A stretch of DNA of 55,315 nt from a virus (taxonomy: Duplodnaviria; Caudoviricetes), in IMG/VR virus record IMGVR_UViG_3300020171_000034, positions 1-55,315 of that record; one strand, given 5' to 3'. This document shows positions 28,006 to 35,516 of this stretch, one piece after another. The position numbers and the translations under genes were made by a program. Each line of letters begins with the position of its first letter. The stretch's first letter is position 1. The notes beneath the pieces are model-generated. The model was not told where the DNA came from and made no database searches. It saw only the letters and a program-made list of their open reading frames with translations.

Positions 28006-28347
28006 TTAACTAAGCTGTGCAATAAGAGCCGCAATCTCTTCTTTGCTTCTTCCTTTCAGCAACTGAAGCAGTGCTTTCTGGCTTACCCCACTTGTCATTC
28101 TTTCTCTGCCAACCCCAGGAGTGAAGTTATTAACCATTTCCTGAGCCTGTTCCTCACTTTCTGCTTCATAACACAGCCTTCTTGCATCAATCGTGACCTG
28201 TGCAAGACATTTCTTCAAAACCACTTCTTCTCCCCACGTCTGTGTAGCCTCTTCCACGCTCTCTGGGAAGTTCATTGAGACAGTTCCAGATTGTGGTTCT
28301 GCTCCCTCTGGAACTTTAATACTATAGTTGATGTTTGTTGCCTTCAT
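28006..28347 (-). CDS. Hypothetical protein
   Basis: AAGGAGG RBS. Confidence 0.65.
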   Translation of the reverse strand: MKATNINYSIKVPEGAEPQSGTVSMNFPESVEEATQTWGEEVVLKKCLAQVTIDARRLCYEAESEEQAQEMVNNFTPGVGRERMTSGVSQKALLQLLKGRSKEEIAALIAQLS

Positions 28348-28401
28348 GATTGAAAGCCTCCTTTAAATGAAATTATAACGCCAAAGGCATTATTTGCTTC
28401 T

Positions 28402-28764
28402 TTACCTTACTGAAAGACTTAAGCCTCTCAGATATGAAATAAATCTTCTAATCAGCTCTTCCTTCTCAATCTTCAAAAGTTCTTCTTCACAATACTGACA
28501 AAACAAAACATTGGTCTGTTTTTCATAGAAATCTTGTGGGACACCTTTCATGAGGATGTCAAAGGGGTATACATCGTCATGGTTCTTTTTACATAGATTG
28601 CAGGTAATGTGGTTGTGCATTGTGACGGTATGGTAGGCACATTGGCATGTTACTTTTCTTGGCTTGGAAATCTTTTTCCCTAACACTTTCTTGAGAGCTT
28701 CAAGTATTTCATCTCTTGTGTGTGGGGCTAAAGATGTTAAAAGTGCATCAAGTTTGCTGTTCAT
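28402..28764 (-). CDS. Hypothetical Zn-finger protein
   Basis: CNLC and CQYC; first gene after promoter. Confidence 0.6.
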   Translation of the reverse strand: MNSKLDALLTSLAPHTRDEILEALKKVLGKKISKPRKVTCQCAYHTVTMHNHITCNLCKKNHDDVYPFDILMKGVPQDFYEKQTNVLFCQYCEEELLKIEKEELIRRFISYLRGLSLSVR

Positions 28765-28797
28765 GTTTCTCCTTAAAGTTTTGCATGATGATATATA

Positions 28798-28826
28798 ATT
28801 TTAACTCTTTGACTTTAAAAAGTCAA
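28798..28826 (-). promoter_or_regulatory. Sigma70-type promoter overlapped by a palindrome
   Basis: TTGACT-17-TAAAAT on - strand; TTGACTTTAAAAAGTCAA at 28809-28826. Confidence 0.75.
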
Positions 28827-28979
28827 GGGTTTGCAATAAGATTTAACAAAAATTTTAAGTGTGGTGCTTTCTTTTCTGGGTTTGTTCATTTCTTTACCTC
28901 CATACTTCATAAAAATAAATCTCTGTATAATACCATAACCCAAAATGGGTATATGGATAGGAGATGAAAATGTATTTTT

Positions 28980-29150
28980 TCATTTCTTTGCCTCCACCTT
29001 TATTTTTGATAGACGGTAGATTTTGCCTATGCCATTGCAAACAGAACAATTATAAACACCAGTTGATGAGCCAGAAGCATGTCTCTTTCCTTGATAGCAA
29101 GATTTACACTCTTCCATCTGCCTCACAAATTTAACTGCTACTTCTCCCAT
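28980..29150 (-). CDS. Small DnaJ-type Zn-finger protein (56 aa)
   Basis: CKSCYQG and CSVCNGIG; AGGAGG RBS. Confidence 0.5.
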   Translation of the reverse strand: MGEVAVKFVRQMEECKSCYQGKRHASGSSTGVYNCSVCNGIGKIYRLSKIKVEAKK

Positions 29151-29186
29151 AAATCCTCCTTGTTAAATTGTTTGTGATGCAAACAT

Positions 29187-29405
29187 TCAACAATTTTCCC
29201 ATAGCCACACTGCCAAACAAAATCTTTGTTTATCACTTAATTTTCCATACTTCTTATACCATTTTCTTATGCTTATAATTTTAGGCTTTCTTGCTCTTGC
29301 TGTGTCTTTAAATAACTCTTTATTTGAGAGGGACAGAAATTCCTCCTCAAATATTAGTTTTAATTTCTCCTCTCTATCACGAGCATCATCAGCAGCATCA
29401 CCCAT
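29187..29405 (-). CDS. Hypothetical protein
   Basis: MGDAADD start; LSDKQ motif; GGAG RBS. Confidence 0.55.
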   Translation of the reverse strand: MGDAADDARDREEKLKLIFEEEFLSLSNKELFKDTARARKPKIISIRKWYKKYGKLSDKQRFCLAVWLWENC

Positions 29406-29640
29406 TTTTTATTTCTCCTTTGCCTTTAAGCTTTATCCATTGGTCTGTTGCTTTGTTGAATAAATCGGGACGTTGTTTACATTTATCACAAAAATGAAGG
29501 ATTAGATATTTATTCTCCATCCTCCATGTTGCTAAATTTTCACACCATCCTTGCCTTTGACCAAAACAAGGATGTTCATTTGCAAATGGTAATACTGCTA
29601 TTGTTCCTGCCATTGTTGGTATTTTATCTCCGCTTTTCAT
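29398..29640 (-). CDS. Hypothetical Cys-rich protein
   Basis: AAGGAG RBS abutting attC1; C..WC..HFCDKC. Confidence 0.55.
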   Translation of the reverse strand: MKSGDKIPTMAGTIAVLPFANEHPCFGQRQGWCENLATWRMENKYLILHFCDKCKQRPDLFNKATDQWIKLKGKGEIKNG

Positions 29641-29648
29641 AATCTCCT

Positions 29649-29697
29649 TTCTAACCAATCATTCAACCCGACAAGCGGGTTAACTTTATCGTTATAT
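29649..29697 (+). mobile_element. attC-like integron recombination site 1
   Basis: TTCTAAC-CAATC-ATTCAACC-CG..CG-GGTTAAC-TTTATC-GTTATAT; unpaired C in L''. Confidence 0.75.
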
Positions 29698-29698
29698 T

Positions 29699-29845
29699 TC
29701 ACTCTGAATGAGAGTGCTCATTCAATATCCACCTTAATGCTCCTATGAATCCTGTTACGTGTTTCCATGTATCTGGATTACATTCCCTTTCCTGCTGCCT
29801 AAGCATCACCTCAAGTTCTTCTCTAACTTCTTCTTCAGTCTTCAT
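29699..29845 (-). CDS. Cassette-borne hypothetical protein (48 aa)
   Basis: MKTEEEVREE...GFIGALRWIL; fills the space between the two attC-like sites. Confidence 0.6.
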   Translation of the reverse strand: MKTEEEVREELEVMLRQQERECNPDTWKHVTGFIGALRWILNEHSHSE

Positions 29846-29863
29846 CTCTCTCTCCTTAATGAA

Positions 29864-29920
29864 ATATAACCAGCCAATCAACCCGCCGCTATTGGCGGTC
29901 GGGTTATCCGCACGTTACAC
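29864..29920 (+). mobile_element. attC-like integron recombination site 2
   Basis: ATATAAC-CAGCC-AATCAACC-CG..CG-GGTTATC-CGCAC-GTTACAC (57 bp); unpaired C in L''; inner CCGC/GCGG stem. Confidence 0.8.
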
Positions 29921-30070
29921 GTAATCAATAATTACCTCCTGTCTTCCGTATATTTCAATTCGCCAAGCATCAGTTGCCTGCCCACTTTCAGGGACATCAA
30001 TCAACTTTGTTGCAGAGACCTTTGGTTTCTGTCTTACAATTAATACAAGTTGGGGTTTGTCTTTTTCCAT
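29915..30070 (-). CDS. Hypothetical protein (51 aa) whose stop lies in the attC2 core
   Basis: MEKDKPQL...VIIDYV*; TAA is the complement of TTA in GTTACAC. Confidence 0.5.
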   Translation of the reverse strand: MEKDKPQLVLIVRQKPKVSATKLIDVPESGQATDAWRIEIYGRQEVIIDYV

Positions 30071-30137
30071 TCATTTCTCCTTGTTTTTATGGGGCTGGCT
30101 TTCAAGTTTATTGCTTTGCCTCCACCCACCAACGACA

Positions 30138-30521
30138 TCATAGAATACCATCCAACGCTTGAACTATCAAGGCTGCTGTGATGTCAGGGATGGCAGAAAT
30201 GTCTATATCACGTTTGTCTTTACAAAAATCTGCACCTTTGGTTACTTCTATATTCCCCTTGTTTTCTCTTATCCATATATAAACATATAACCCTTTCTTC
30301 ACCGCCAGCTTCAACAGCCTTTCCATGTTCTCCCATTTTGAGAAATCGGGGTTAATGTCTTTTATAAAAACAGGTGTTCCACAAGTCTGATGTATCTCTT
30401 CAAATGTAACTTGATGCCCGTCTAAATATGCTTCACACTTAGGACACCACCAGTCTGATTTTGTATGCCAACACCTGCCTTCACCTACTTTTACAAGAAA
30501 TTTATCTCTGAGTTCGCTCAT
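30138..30521 (-). CDS. Hypothetical protein with Zn ribbon
   Basis: WCPKC..H..CG; PDFSKWE. Confidence 0.6.
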   Translation of the reverse strand: MSELRDKFLVKVGEGRCWHTKSDWWCPKCEAYLDGHQVTFEEIHQTCGTPVFIKDINPDFSKWENMERLLKLAVKKGLYVYIWIRENKGNIEVTKGADFCKDKRDIDISAIPDITAALIVQALDGIL

Positions 30522-30661
30522 TTCTTTACCTCCTCCAGCAATGCCTCATATACACTGGTTTTATGGGCTGTCAAAATCTCGTTCCGACCCCATCCAGTTT
30601 TAGCGGATAGTTTCGCTGTGAATAGTTCCTCAATCTTGTTTAGTAATTCTTTTGTTTTCAT
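30518..30661 (-). CDS. Small hypothetical protein (47 aa)
   Basis: AGGAGG RBS; KTGWGRNE motif. Confidence 0.55.
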   Translation of the reverse strand: MKTKELLNKIEELFTAKLSAKTGWGRNEILTAHKTSVYEALLEEVKK

Positions 30662-30673
30662 TTTGCCTCCTTA

Positions 30674-30856
30674 TTAGTCATTGTTTTCCTCCTCTTCACT
30701 TTTTGCAATATATTTCTCTTTGTTTTCACAAATTTCTCTCACACACTTATCGCAAAGTGGCATTGTGCCAAACAAGGCTGTGCCATAAAGATACACTTCA
30801 TGGAGAGTGTGGCATTTGGAACATTTTAGCTTGGGTGTTGGGGGATTTTTCATCAT
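30674..30856 (-). CDS. Small Zn-finger protein
   Basis: CSKC and CDKC. Confidence 0.5.
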   Translation of the reverse strand: MMKNPPTPKLKCSKCHTLHEVYLYGTALFGTMPLCDKCVREICENKEKYIAKSEEEENND

Positions 30857-31122
30857 GTTATAATCTCTTCTTCTCTAACAAACTCATGACCCGCATCTCT
30901 TAAACGCTGAAAAAATGCACCAATATTCCCTTGCCAGTGTTCCATAAGAGGATACTTAGCAAAACCTGCTACGACTTCATTCTTACATTTGGGACATCTC
31001 CACACGTCAGCTTCCCAAAGTTTATAAATCGCAGTGTTTTGTTGGAACATCTCTACAACTATAATGCCATTTTTCTCTGGTTTGAGTGTGTGTTGGCATT
31101 GAACACATATAAGTCTTGGCAT
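30853..31122 (-). CDS. Zn-ribbon protein
   Basis: CVQC and WRCPKC; GGAGGAG RBS. Confidence 0.6.
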   Translation of the reverse strand: MPRLICVQCQHTLKPEKNGIIVVEMFQQNTAIYKLWEADVWRCPKCKNEVVAGFAKYPLMEHWQGNIGAFFQRLRDAGHEFVREEEIIT

Positions 31123-31179
31123 GTTTACTCTCCTCCTCCTTTTTGTTTAAAATGCCTTTTCACGACCTGAAAGAGCATT

Positions 31180-31386
31180 TTACTTTTCTTTTTCTCTTTC
31201 ATCAGTCATCAACTGTTCACAGTCAGTAAGTGATTGAACAATCTGTGCCTGTGCTTTTTTCATCTCTGCAAGAGTGTCTGACATTTGAGTCATTCTCCAC
31301 CAGTAGCCAAGAGCAATACCTATGAACAATGCCCCCACCAACAAAGCCCACATGGAAGTAAGCTTAATCGTTTCAGGTTTTCTCAT
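31180..31386 (-). CDS. Membrane-anchored hypothetical protein
   Basis: TM then LGYWWRM; coiled tail. Confidence 0.55.
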   Translation of the reverse strand: MRKPETIKLTSMWALLVGALFIGIALGYWWRMTQMSDTLAEMKKAQAQIVQSLTDCEQLMTDEREKEK

Positions 31387-31576
31387 CTCTTTCCTCCTTT
31401 ACTTTATACCCATCACCTCTCTTCTTATAATACTGAAACACCACCCCAGCTTTCACCCCCACACGCTTTGCAAGTTTATAAAAGAACTTCCCACATGCAT
31501 CAGCCTCAGACCAAGCGTGAGTATAAAGGTTGTGAATTTCTCCATACCAATTAAGAGAAGCGGAGTAGAGTTTCAT
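31373..31576 (-). CDS. Hypothetical protein
   Basis: GGAGG RBS before MKLYS. Confidence 0.5.
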   Translation of the reverse strand: MKLYSASLNWYGEIHNLYTHAWSEADACGKFFYKLAKRVGVKAGVVFQYYKKRGDGYKVKEERDEKT

Positions 31577-31758
31577 TGCTTTGCCTCCTTCCTCTTCCAC
31601 GTTTTCTTATCACACGTTGCTATAATCACCGTATGAGGTTTTTCAACATCACCAAAGATACTCTTCACCGCACATCTTGGAAGTTCCTCGTCAAGTCCTT
31701 CTCTACACCCACGTATGCAGAAGATTTCAGACTCATGCGTATACCATTTCATAAGCAT
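31573..31758 (-). CDS. Hypothetical protein
   Basis: GGAGG RBS; operon packing. Confidence 0.45.
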   Translation of the reverse strand: MLMKWYTHESEIFCIRGCREGLDEELPRCAVKSIFGDVEKPHTVIIATCDKKTWKRKEAKQ

Positions 31759-31766
31759 GTCTCCTC

Positions 31767-31994
31767 CTATAACTCTGAAAACCACTCAACAGATTCTGGT
31801 TCAATGTATTGAAAAATGGAGGTGGGTTGCTCACCCTCACCTTCTACATAGTAATCAGCTCTGTTATAAACACATTCTTGGAATACCACAAGACTTGCTT
31901 CAACAAAAAAATGGGTAATTATAATACCTTTTTTCACAATTACACCGACACTATTCGTGTTTAACACAGTCACCTTTTCTTTCTTACTGGACAT
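31767..31994 (-). CDS. Hypothetical protein
   Basis: GGAGG RBS. Confidence 0.5.
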   Translation of the reverse strand: MSSKKEKVTVLNTNSVGVIVKKGIIITHFFVEASLVVFQECVYNRADYYVEGEGEQPTSIFQYIEPESVEWFSEL

Positions 31995-31998
31995 TGCT

Positions 31999-32415
31999 TT
32001 ACCTCCCTTTATTTATTCTCTCAGTCATTTCTTTCAACATCTTCCTTCGTTCTGGGTCTCTTTCCCTGTTTGCACCTCTTTGTCTTATCTCAAGGTTCTC
32101 TCTTTGCATGTCATATCTGTCACCATTCTTGAAAAACACAAGGATGGTGTGGTTAAATTGCTCCTTTCCTATCCACATTCTCTGTGCAACTAAGCGGTGA
32201 AGTTGATTCAAATACCTTTTTCCTTTTGAATCCTTCCTTGTTGAACGAGCAACCACACTCCCTCTAAACATACTCCAAGTTTCAGCTGCAAGGTCATAAT
32301 CCTCATCTGAAACCTTCACGAGTCTTCCGTTTGGATTCCAATCTCCAAGCAGGGAGGTGAATTTCCTTTCGGGGTCTATTGGCGTTTCTCCTCCGAGTGC
32401 GATGATGTATTTCAT
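31999..32415 (-). CDS. Degenerate HNH_3-like protein
   Basis: VSDEDYD, LHRLVA, VFFKNGDRYDMQRENL; catalytic His and Asn positions replaced. Confidence 0.55.
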   Translation of the reverse strand: MKYIIALGGETPIDPERKFTSLLGDWNPNGRLVKVSDEDYDLAAETWSMFRGSVVARSTRKDSKGKRYLNQLHRLVAQRMWIGKEQFNHTILVFFKNGDRYDMQRENLEIRQRGANRERDPERRKMLKEMTERINKGR

Positions 32416-32615
32416 TCTATCCCTCCACCTTCCAACACTTCCCCATCTTCTGAGATAACTCCATCATCAATCAAAGCATGTGCACATCTCCCAAACCAAC
32501 CCTGAAGATTCCAGCATAACCCCGTCTTAATCAACCACGCCCACGCCTCCAGCCTTGTTTTCTCATCAACTTTCTCAACACCTTCTGCAATCATTATAGC
32601 TTCATAGGTATCCAT
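32412..32615 (-). CDS. Hypothetical phage protein
   Basis: AWAWLIKTGLCWNLQGWFGRCAHALI. Confidence 0.65.
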   Translation of the reverse strand: MDTYEAIMIAEGVEKVDEKTRLEAWAWLIKTGLCWNLQGWFGRCAHALIDDGVISEDGEVLEGGGIE

Positions 32616-32675
32616 TTGACTTCACCTCCTCCACCCTTTTTTGAACCAACATTTCTCTCCTGTTTTTTTAGAGGA

Positions 32676-32751
32676 GGCGGCGGTCTACAGCTCCGCCCCC
32701 ATTGTTCATGGTTGTGTTGCCCCCTCTGGTCTGTAGAGCCACAAAGGGCAA
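32676..32751 (-). ncRNA. Candidate kissing-loop two-hairpin RNA
   Basis: Two hairpins with 9-nt loops containing complementary UCUACAG and CUGUAGA; G-U pairs favour - strand. Confidence 0.5.
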
Positions 32752-32756
32752 GGAGA

Positions 32757-32894
32757 TTATTCCAGATATGTCTCAGCAATTTCAAGGGCATCTGCGATAG
32801 ATTTGCCCTCAAGAATTGCCAATAACATAATCCTCAGCGCTCGCTCATTCAGGGCAGTTGTGACGATTGATTTTATTTCTTCTTGTGTTTTCAT
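32757..32894 (-). CDS. Small hypothetical protein (45 aa)
   Basis: MKTQEEIKSIV...; GGAGG upstream. Confidence 0.45.
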   Translation of the reverse strand: MKTQEEIKSIVTTALNERALRIMLLAILEGKSIADALEIAETYLE

Positions 32895-32900
32895 CCTTTC

Positions 32901-33080
32901 TCACCTCCTCCTTTTTTTGTCTGCTGCCATGACTGCTCTCTTGTTGTCATTTTCTGCCTCCTTTACCACCGCCTCATACGCCGCCGCATACGCCTCCCAC
33001 GCCTCCGCCTGCGCCTTCTTCGCCTCCTGATATACTATCCATGCCATCTCCACCTTGTATGTCTTTTTCGTTTTGCTCAT
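32901..33080 (-). CDS. Ala-rich hypothetical protein (59 aa)
   Basis: AAGGAGG RBS; AEAWEAYAAAYEA. Confidence 0.55.
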   Translation of the reverse strand: MSKTKKTYKVEMAWIVYQEAKKAQAEAWEAYAAAYEAVVKEAENDNKRAVMAADKKRRR

Positions 33081-33120
33081 TTTACCTCCTTAAATGCTTT
33101 TTCACGTCGTGAAAGACCAT

Positions 33121-33426
33121 TTATTCTTTCACAACCCACGCTTTCATTATTCTCGGCAATTTCCCTTCATACTGCCCACCCCACTCCCTCACTGTTCCAT
33201 AGTCTCTATCCCACACATACCCACCCACAAAACTCTCAGGCTTTTCAAATCCTTCCTTGCAGACCACATCAATCCCTCTTCTCCAATGATGCTTTGACAC
33301 TCCAAGAAATATCCATTCACCTGAAAACTCTTCACCATCTCCAAACCTCTCAGCTTGCATCATCCTTCCCTTCTCATCAACCACAAACTCTTCTTCTCTA
33401 CACACAAAATGCAACATCTTACTCAT
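33121..33426 (-). CDS. Hypothetical protein
   Basis: AGGAG RBS; DRDYGTVREWG. Confidence 0.6.
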   Translation of the reverse strand: MSKMLHFVCREEEFVVDEKGRMMQAERFGDGEEFSGEWIFLGVSKHHWRRGIDVVCKEGFEKPESFVGGYVWDRDYGTVREWGGQYEGKLPRIMKAWVVKE

Positions 33427-33611
33427 GATTTCTCCTTCTCCACCAACTCTCTCACCTTCTTTATCGTATCCATCAGCTCATCAGTCTCCTTAATCATTTT
33501 CTTTGCAATCTCTGTCATCTCTTCCACTGTGTATTCCTTTGTCATATCCATTTTCTCCTTCATTGTGTCCTCCATCGTGTCCTCCCTTGTGTCCTCCGTC
33601 TTGACGTTCAA
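33423..33611 (-). CDS. Hypothetical protein, start uncertain
   Basis: Helical ORF with 12-bp repeats (EDT x3) at its 5' end. Confidence 0.4.
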   Translation of the reverse strand: MNVKTEDTREDTMEDTMKEKMDMTKEYTVEEMTEIAKKMIKETDELMDTIKKVRELVEKEKS

Positions 33612-33671
33612 GGTTGCGTTGTGTGCCCTTCAAACCCTGAGTGTTGCAAAAAAGCCTCACTATGCCCCTAT

Positions 33672-33983
33672 CCAGACAGCCATGTCTCTCGCATGACTCC
33701 ACGAGACTCTTGAGACTCCTGGGACAGCCAAAACCGCCCTTTCCTTTTGTCTCCGTCTTGTCTATCCTGTCTTTTGTCTGTCTATCTCTGTCTATCTCTG
33801 TCTATCTCTCATACATAGTATGTATATATATATACATATATATATATATATGTATATAGAGTATATGAGAGATAGACAGAGATAGACATACTCCATACAA
33901 CAAGGCAAAGGGGAAAGCCCCTTCTGGCTGTCTGGAGAGTCCCAAGAGTCCCGAAGAGTCCCAAAAGACAACTGGCTGTCTGG
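33672..33983. other. Mirror-symmetric origin-like element (inverted boxes around TA-rich core)
   Basis: Five box pairs at exact mirror positions about 33827.5; 25-bp perfect inverted repeat; (TA)n core. Confidence 0.6.
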
Positions 33984-34084
33984 TTTAAGTTTTAAGGTAA
34001 GGGAGAACATCCCTTGTCCCTTTTGAAGGGCAGAAAAGCCCCTTTTTGTAAGGTTTTGACGCCCTCCTGCCCTGCCCTGCCTCC

Positions 34085-34291
34085 TTAAAACTTAAAACCC
34101 TCCTCCTCCTCATCTCTTGGAATGTTGAAGATGCGGCGCAGGAGAATTAGAAGTATGCCTGCCAGAACCATACCTGCAATACCACCGAAAACATCTCCTG
34201 TCCAAATCCAACATATTGCTCCTGTGAGTAACTCAAACGGGTGTGCTTTCATTCTAACCTTCTCCTCAATTTGAATTGTTGCCCACAACAC
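34085..34291 (-). CDS. Small membrane protein
   Basis: Two hydrophobic segments; start uncertain. Confidence 0.45.
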   Translation of the reverse strand: MLWATIQIEEKVRMKAHPFELLTGAICWIWTGDVFGGIAGMVLAGILLILLRRIFNIPRDEEEEGFKF

Positions 34292-34297
34292 AAGCAG

Positions 34298-34326
34298 AAA
34301 AAGAGGGCAGGGATTTCTCCCTGCCC
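34298..34326 (-). terminator. Intrinsic terminator
   Basis: GGGCAGGGA-GAAA-TCCCTGCCC then TCTTTTT on - strand, just after stop of 34334-34723. Confidence 0.7.
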
Positions 34327-34333
34327 ACCTTCT

Positions 34334-34723
34334 TTACTTTGACTGCAGTTCCTTCAACATCTCTGTAAACTGTGCCTGACTCAATCCCTTTCCACGCACC
34401 AACTTCAACAGCTCCTTCTCCTCAACCGAGATTGTCTTTGCCTTGTCAATGCCTCTTTCAAAAGACATGAGGTCAGGAAAATCCCCGTCCAGGATTTCCT
34501 CTGCTTTGTCATACGCCTCTTGTGCGGTCTTCTCATCCTTTGCGACCTTGTTTACCTCGTTGATGTGGTAACCGTACCAGAAGTTCTTGACAATCCGCCC
34601 TATGTCAAATTTAGTCATGATATGAGTCAAAGCCGCATCAGCATCCTTAAACTTGACCTCATAGACTGCCTTTTGACTTCCCTTAACACCCTCAAAGCAA
34701 TAAGACCCTTTAAGTTCAATCAT
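34334..34723 (-). CDS. Hypothetical early protein
   Basis: AAGGAG RBS; first long ORF after leftward promoter. Confidence 0.65.
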   Translation of the reverse strand: MIELKGSYCFEGVKGSQKAVYEVKFKDADAALTHIMTKFDIGRIVKNFWYGYHINEVNKVAKDEKTAQEAYDKAEEILDGDFPDLMSFERGIDKAKTISVEEKELLKLVRGKGLSQAQFTEMLKELQSK

Positions 34724-34905
34724 CGTTTTCTCCTTTTCGCTCTCGGAGTCAGACCCAAAGCCTCACTCTCAAGATGCACTATTTTAAGTGTATAGGTGGC
34801 AAAGCCACCGCCTCCTAACATACTGGCTGACCTTATAAGTCTTGACCTTGCTCTGTTCCCTTAACCACCTCCTCTTGTTAACACTTTCTTTACTTTCCTA
34901 TCCCT

Positions 34906-34934
34906 ATTATAACAAATCCCGACCAAAAAGTCAA
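34906..34934 (-). promoter_or_regulatory. Strong leftward sigma70-type promoter
   Basis: TTGACT-17-TATAAT with TGn extended -10. Confidence 0.8.
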
Positions 34935-35057
34935 GCCCTTTATGCCTTTAACGGTGTAAATAGTGTTCATTTGACAGAGGGGTGGAGGGGGGGATAGATA
35001 AAAATTGTCTTTTATTTATAGTCCCTCCTCACAAAATTTTACATTCTACTCTGTCTG

Positions 35058-35087
35058 TTTTGCAACATTTTGCAACATTTTGCAACA
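35058..35087 (+). repeat. 10-bp tandem repeat x3
   Basis: TTTTGCAACA x3 between divergent promoters. Confidence 0.9.
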
Positions 35088-35130
35088 GTTGTTGTTTGTT
35101 TTATGATGTTTGTTGTATGTCCCACTTCCC

Positions 35131-35159
35131 TTGACTTCCCTTCACTGAGGTGGTAGAAT
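35131..35159 (+). promoter_or_regulatory. Rightward sigma70-type promoter
   Basis: TTGACT-17-TAGAAT with TGn extended -10. Confidence 0.75.
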
Positions 35160-35195
35160 GAAGGTAAGAGGTAGAATAATCATAAGGGAGGACTT

Positions 35196-35516
35196 ATGCG
35201 AGAAGGTGATGAGAAGTATGTGGTGTTTGGTGATTCAGGAGCGAATACAACGTGTAGGCTGGTGGAAAGTGCAGATGTCATATTAGGCACACGGGTGACG
35301 AGGGTAGGGGCTGGGACAACAGGTACTCTGACCCCAGATTGGTATTATGGGCGTTGTTTCAGACCATGGAATGACTATTATGTCTATCCATCTTCAGTTG
35401 ACATCACACGAAAGGCGTTTAATGTTGCCAAGACGCTTCAAGAAAAGAAGCTCATCAACATCAGAACAATCAAGCAATTCACAGACCTTGTTGATGAGAT
35501 TATGAAGGTGGTTTAA
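35196..35516 (+). CDS. Hypothetical protein
   Basis: GGAGG RBS; first gene of + arm. Confidence 0.6.
   Translation: MREGDEKYVVFGDSGANTTCRLVESADVILGTRVTRVGAGTTGTLTPDWYYGRCFRPWNDYYVYPSSVDITRKAFNVAKTLQEKKLINIRTIKQFTDLVDEIMKVV

Noticed and set aside
29129-29168. Third attC site (ATTTAAC...GTTAAAT)
   Set aside because: Only 40 bp, no L boxes or internal stem, overlaps a gene start; likely chance
32594-33428. ORF-track entries 32594-32812, 32616-32825 and 32883-33428
   Set aside because: Low-complexity shadow frames; shorter RBS-led - strand ORFs and the hairpin element explain the region
33789-33888. Protelomerase (telRL) site of a linear plasmid-phage
   Set aside because: No protelomerase or ParA recognised; box layout fits an origin better
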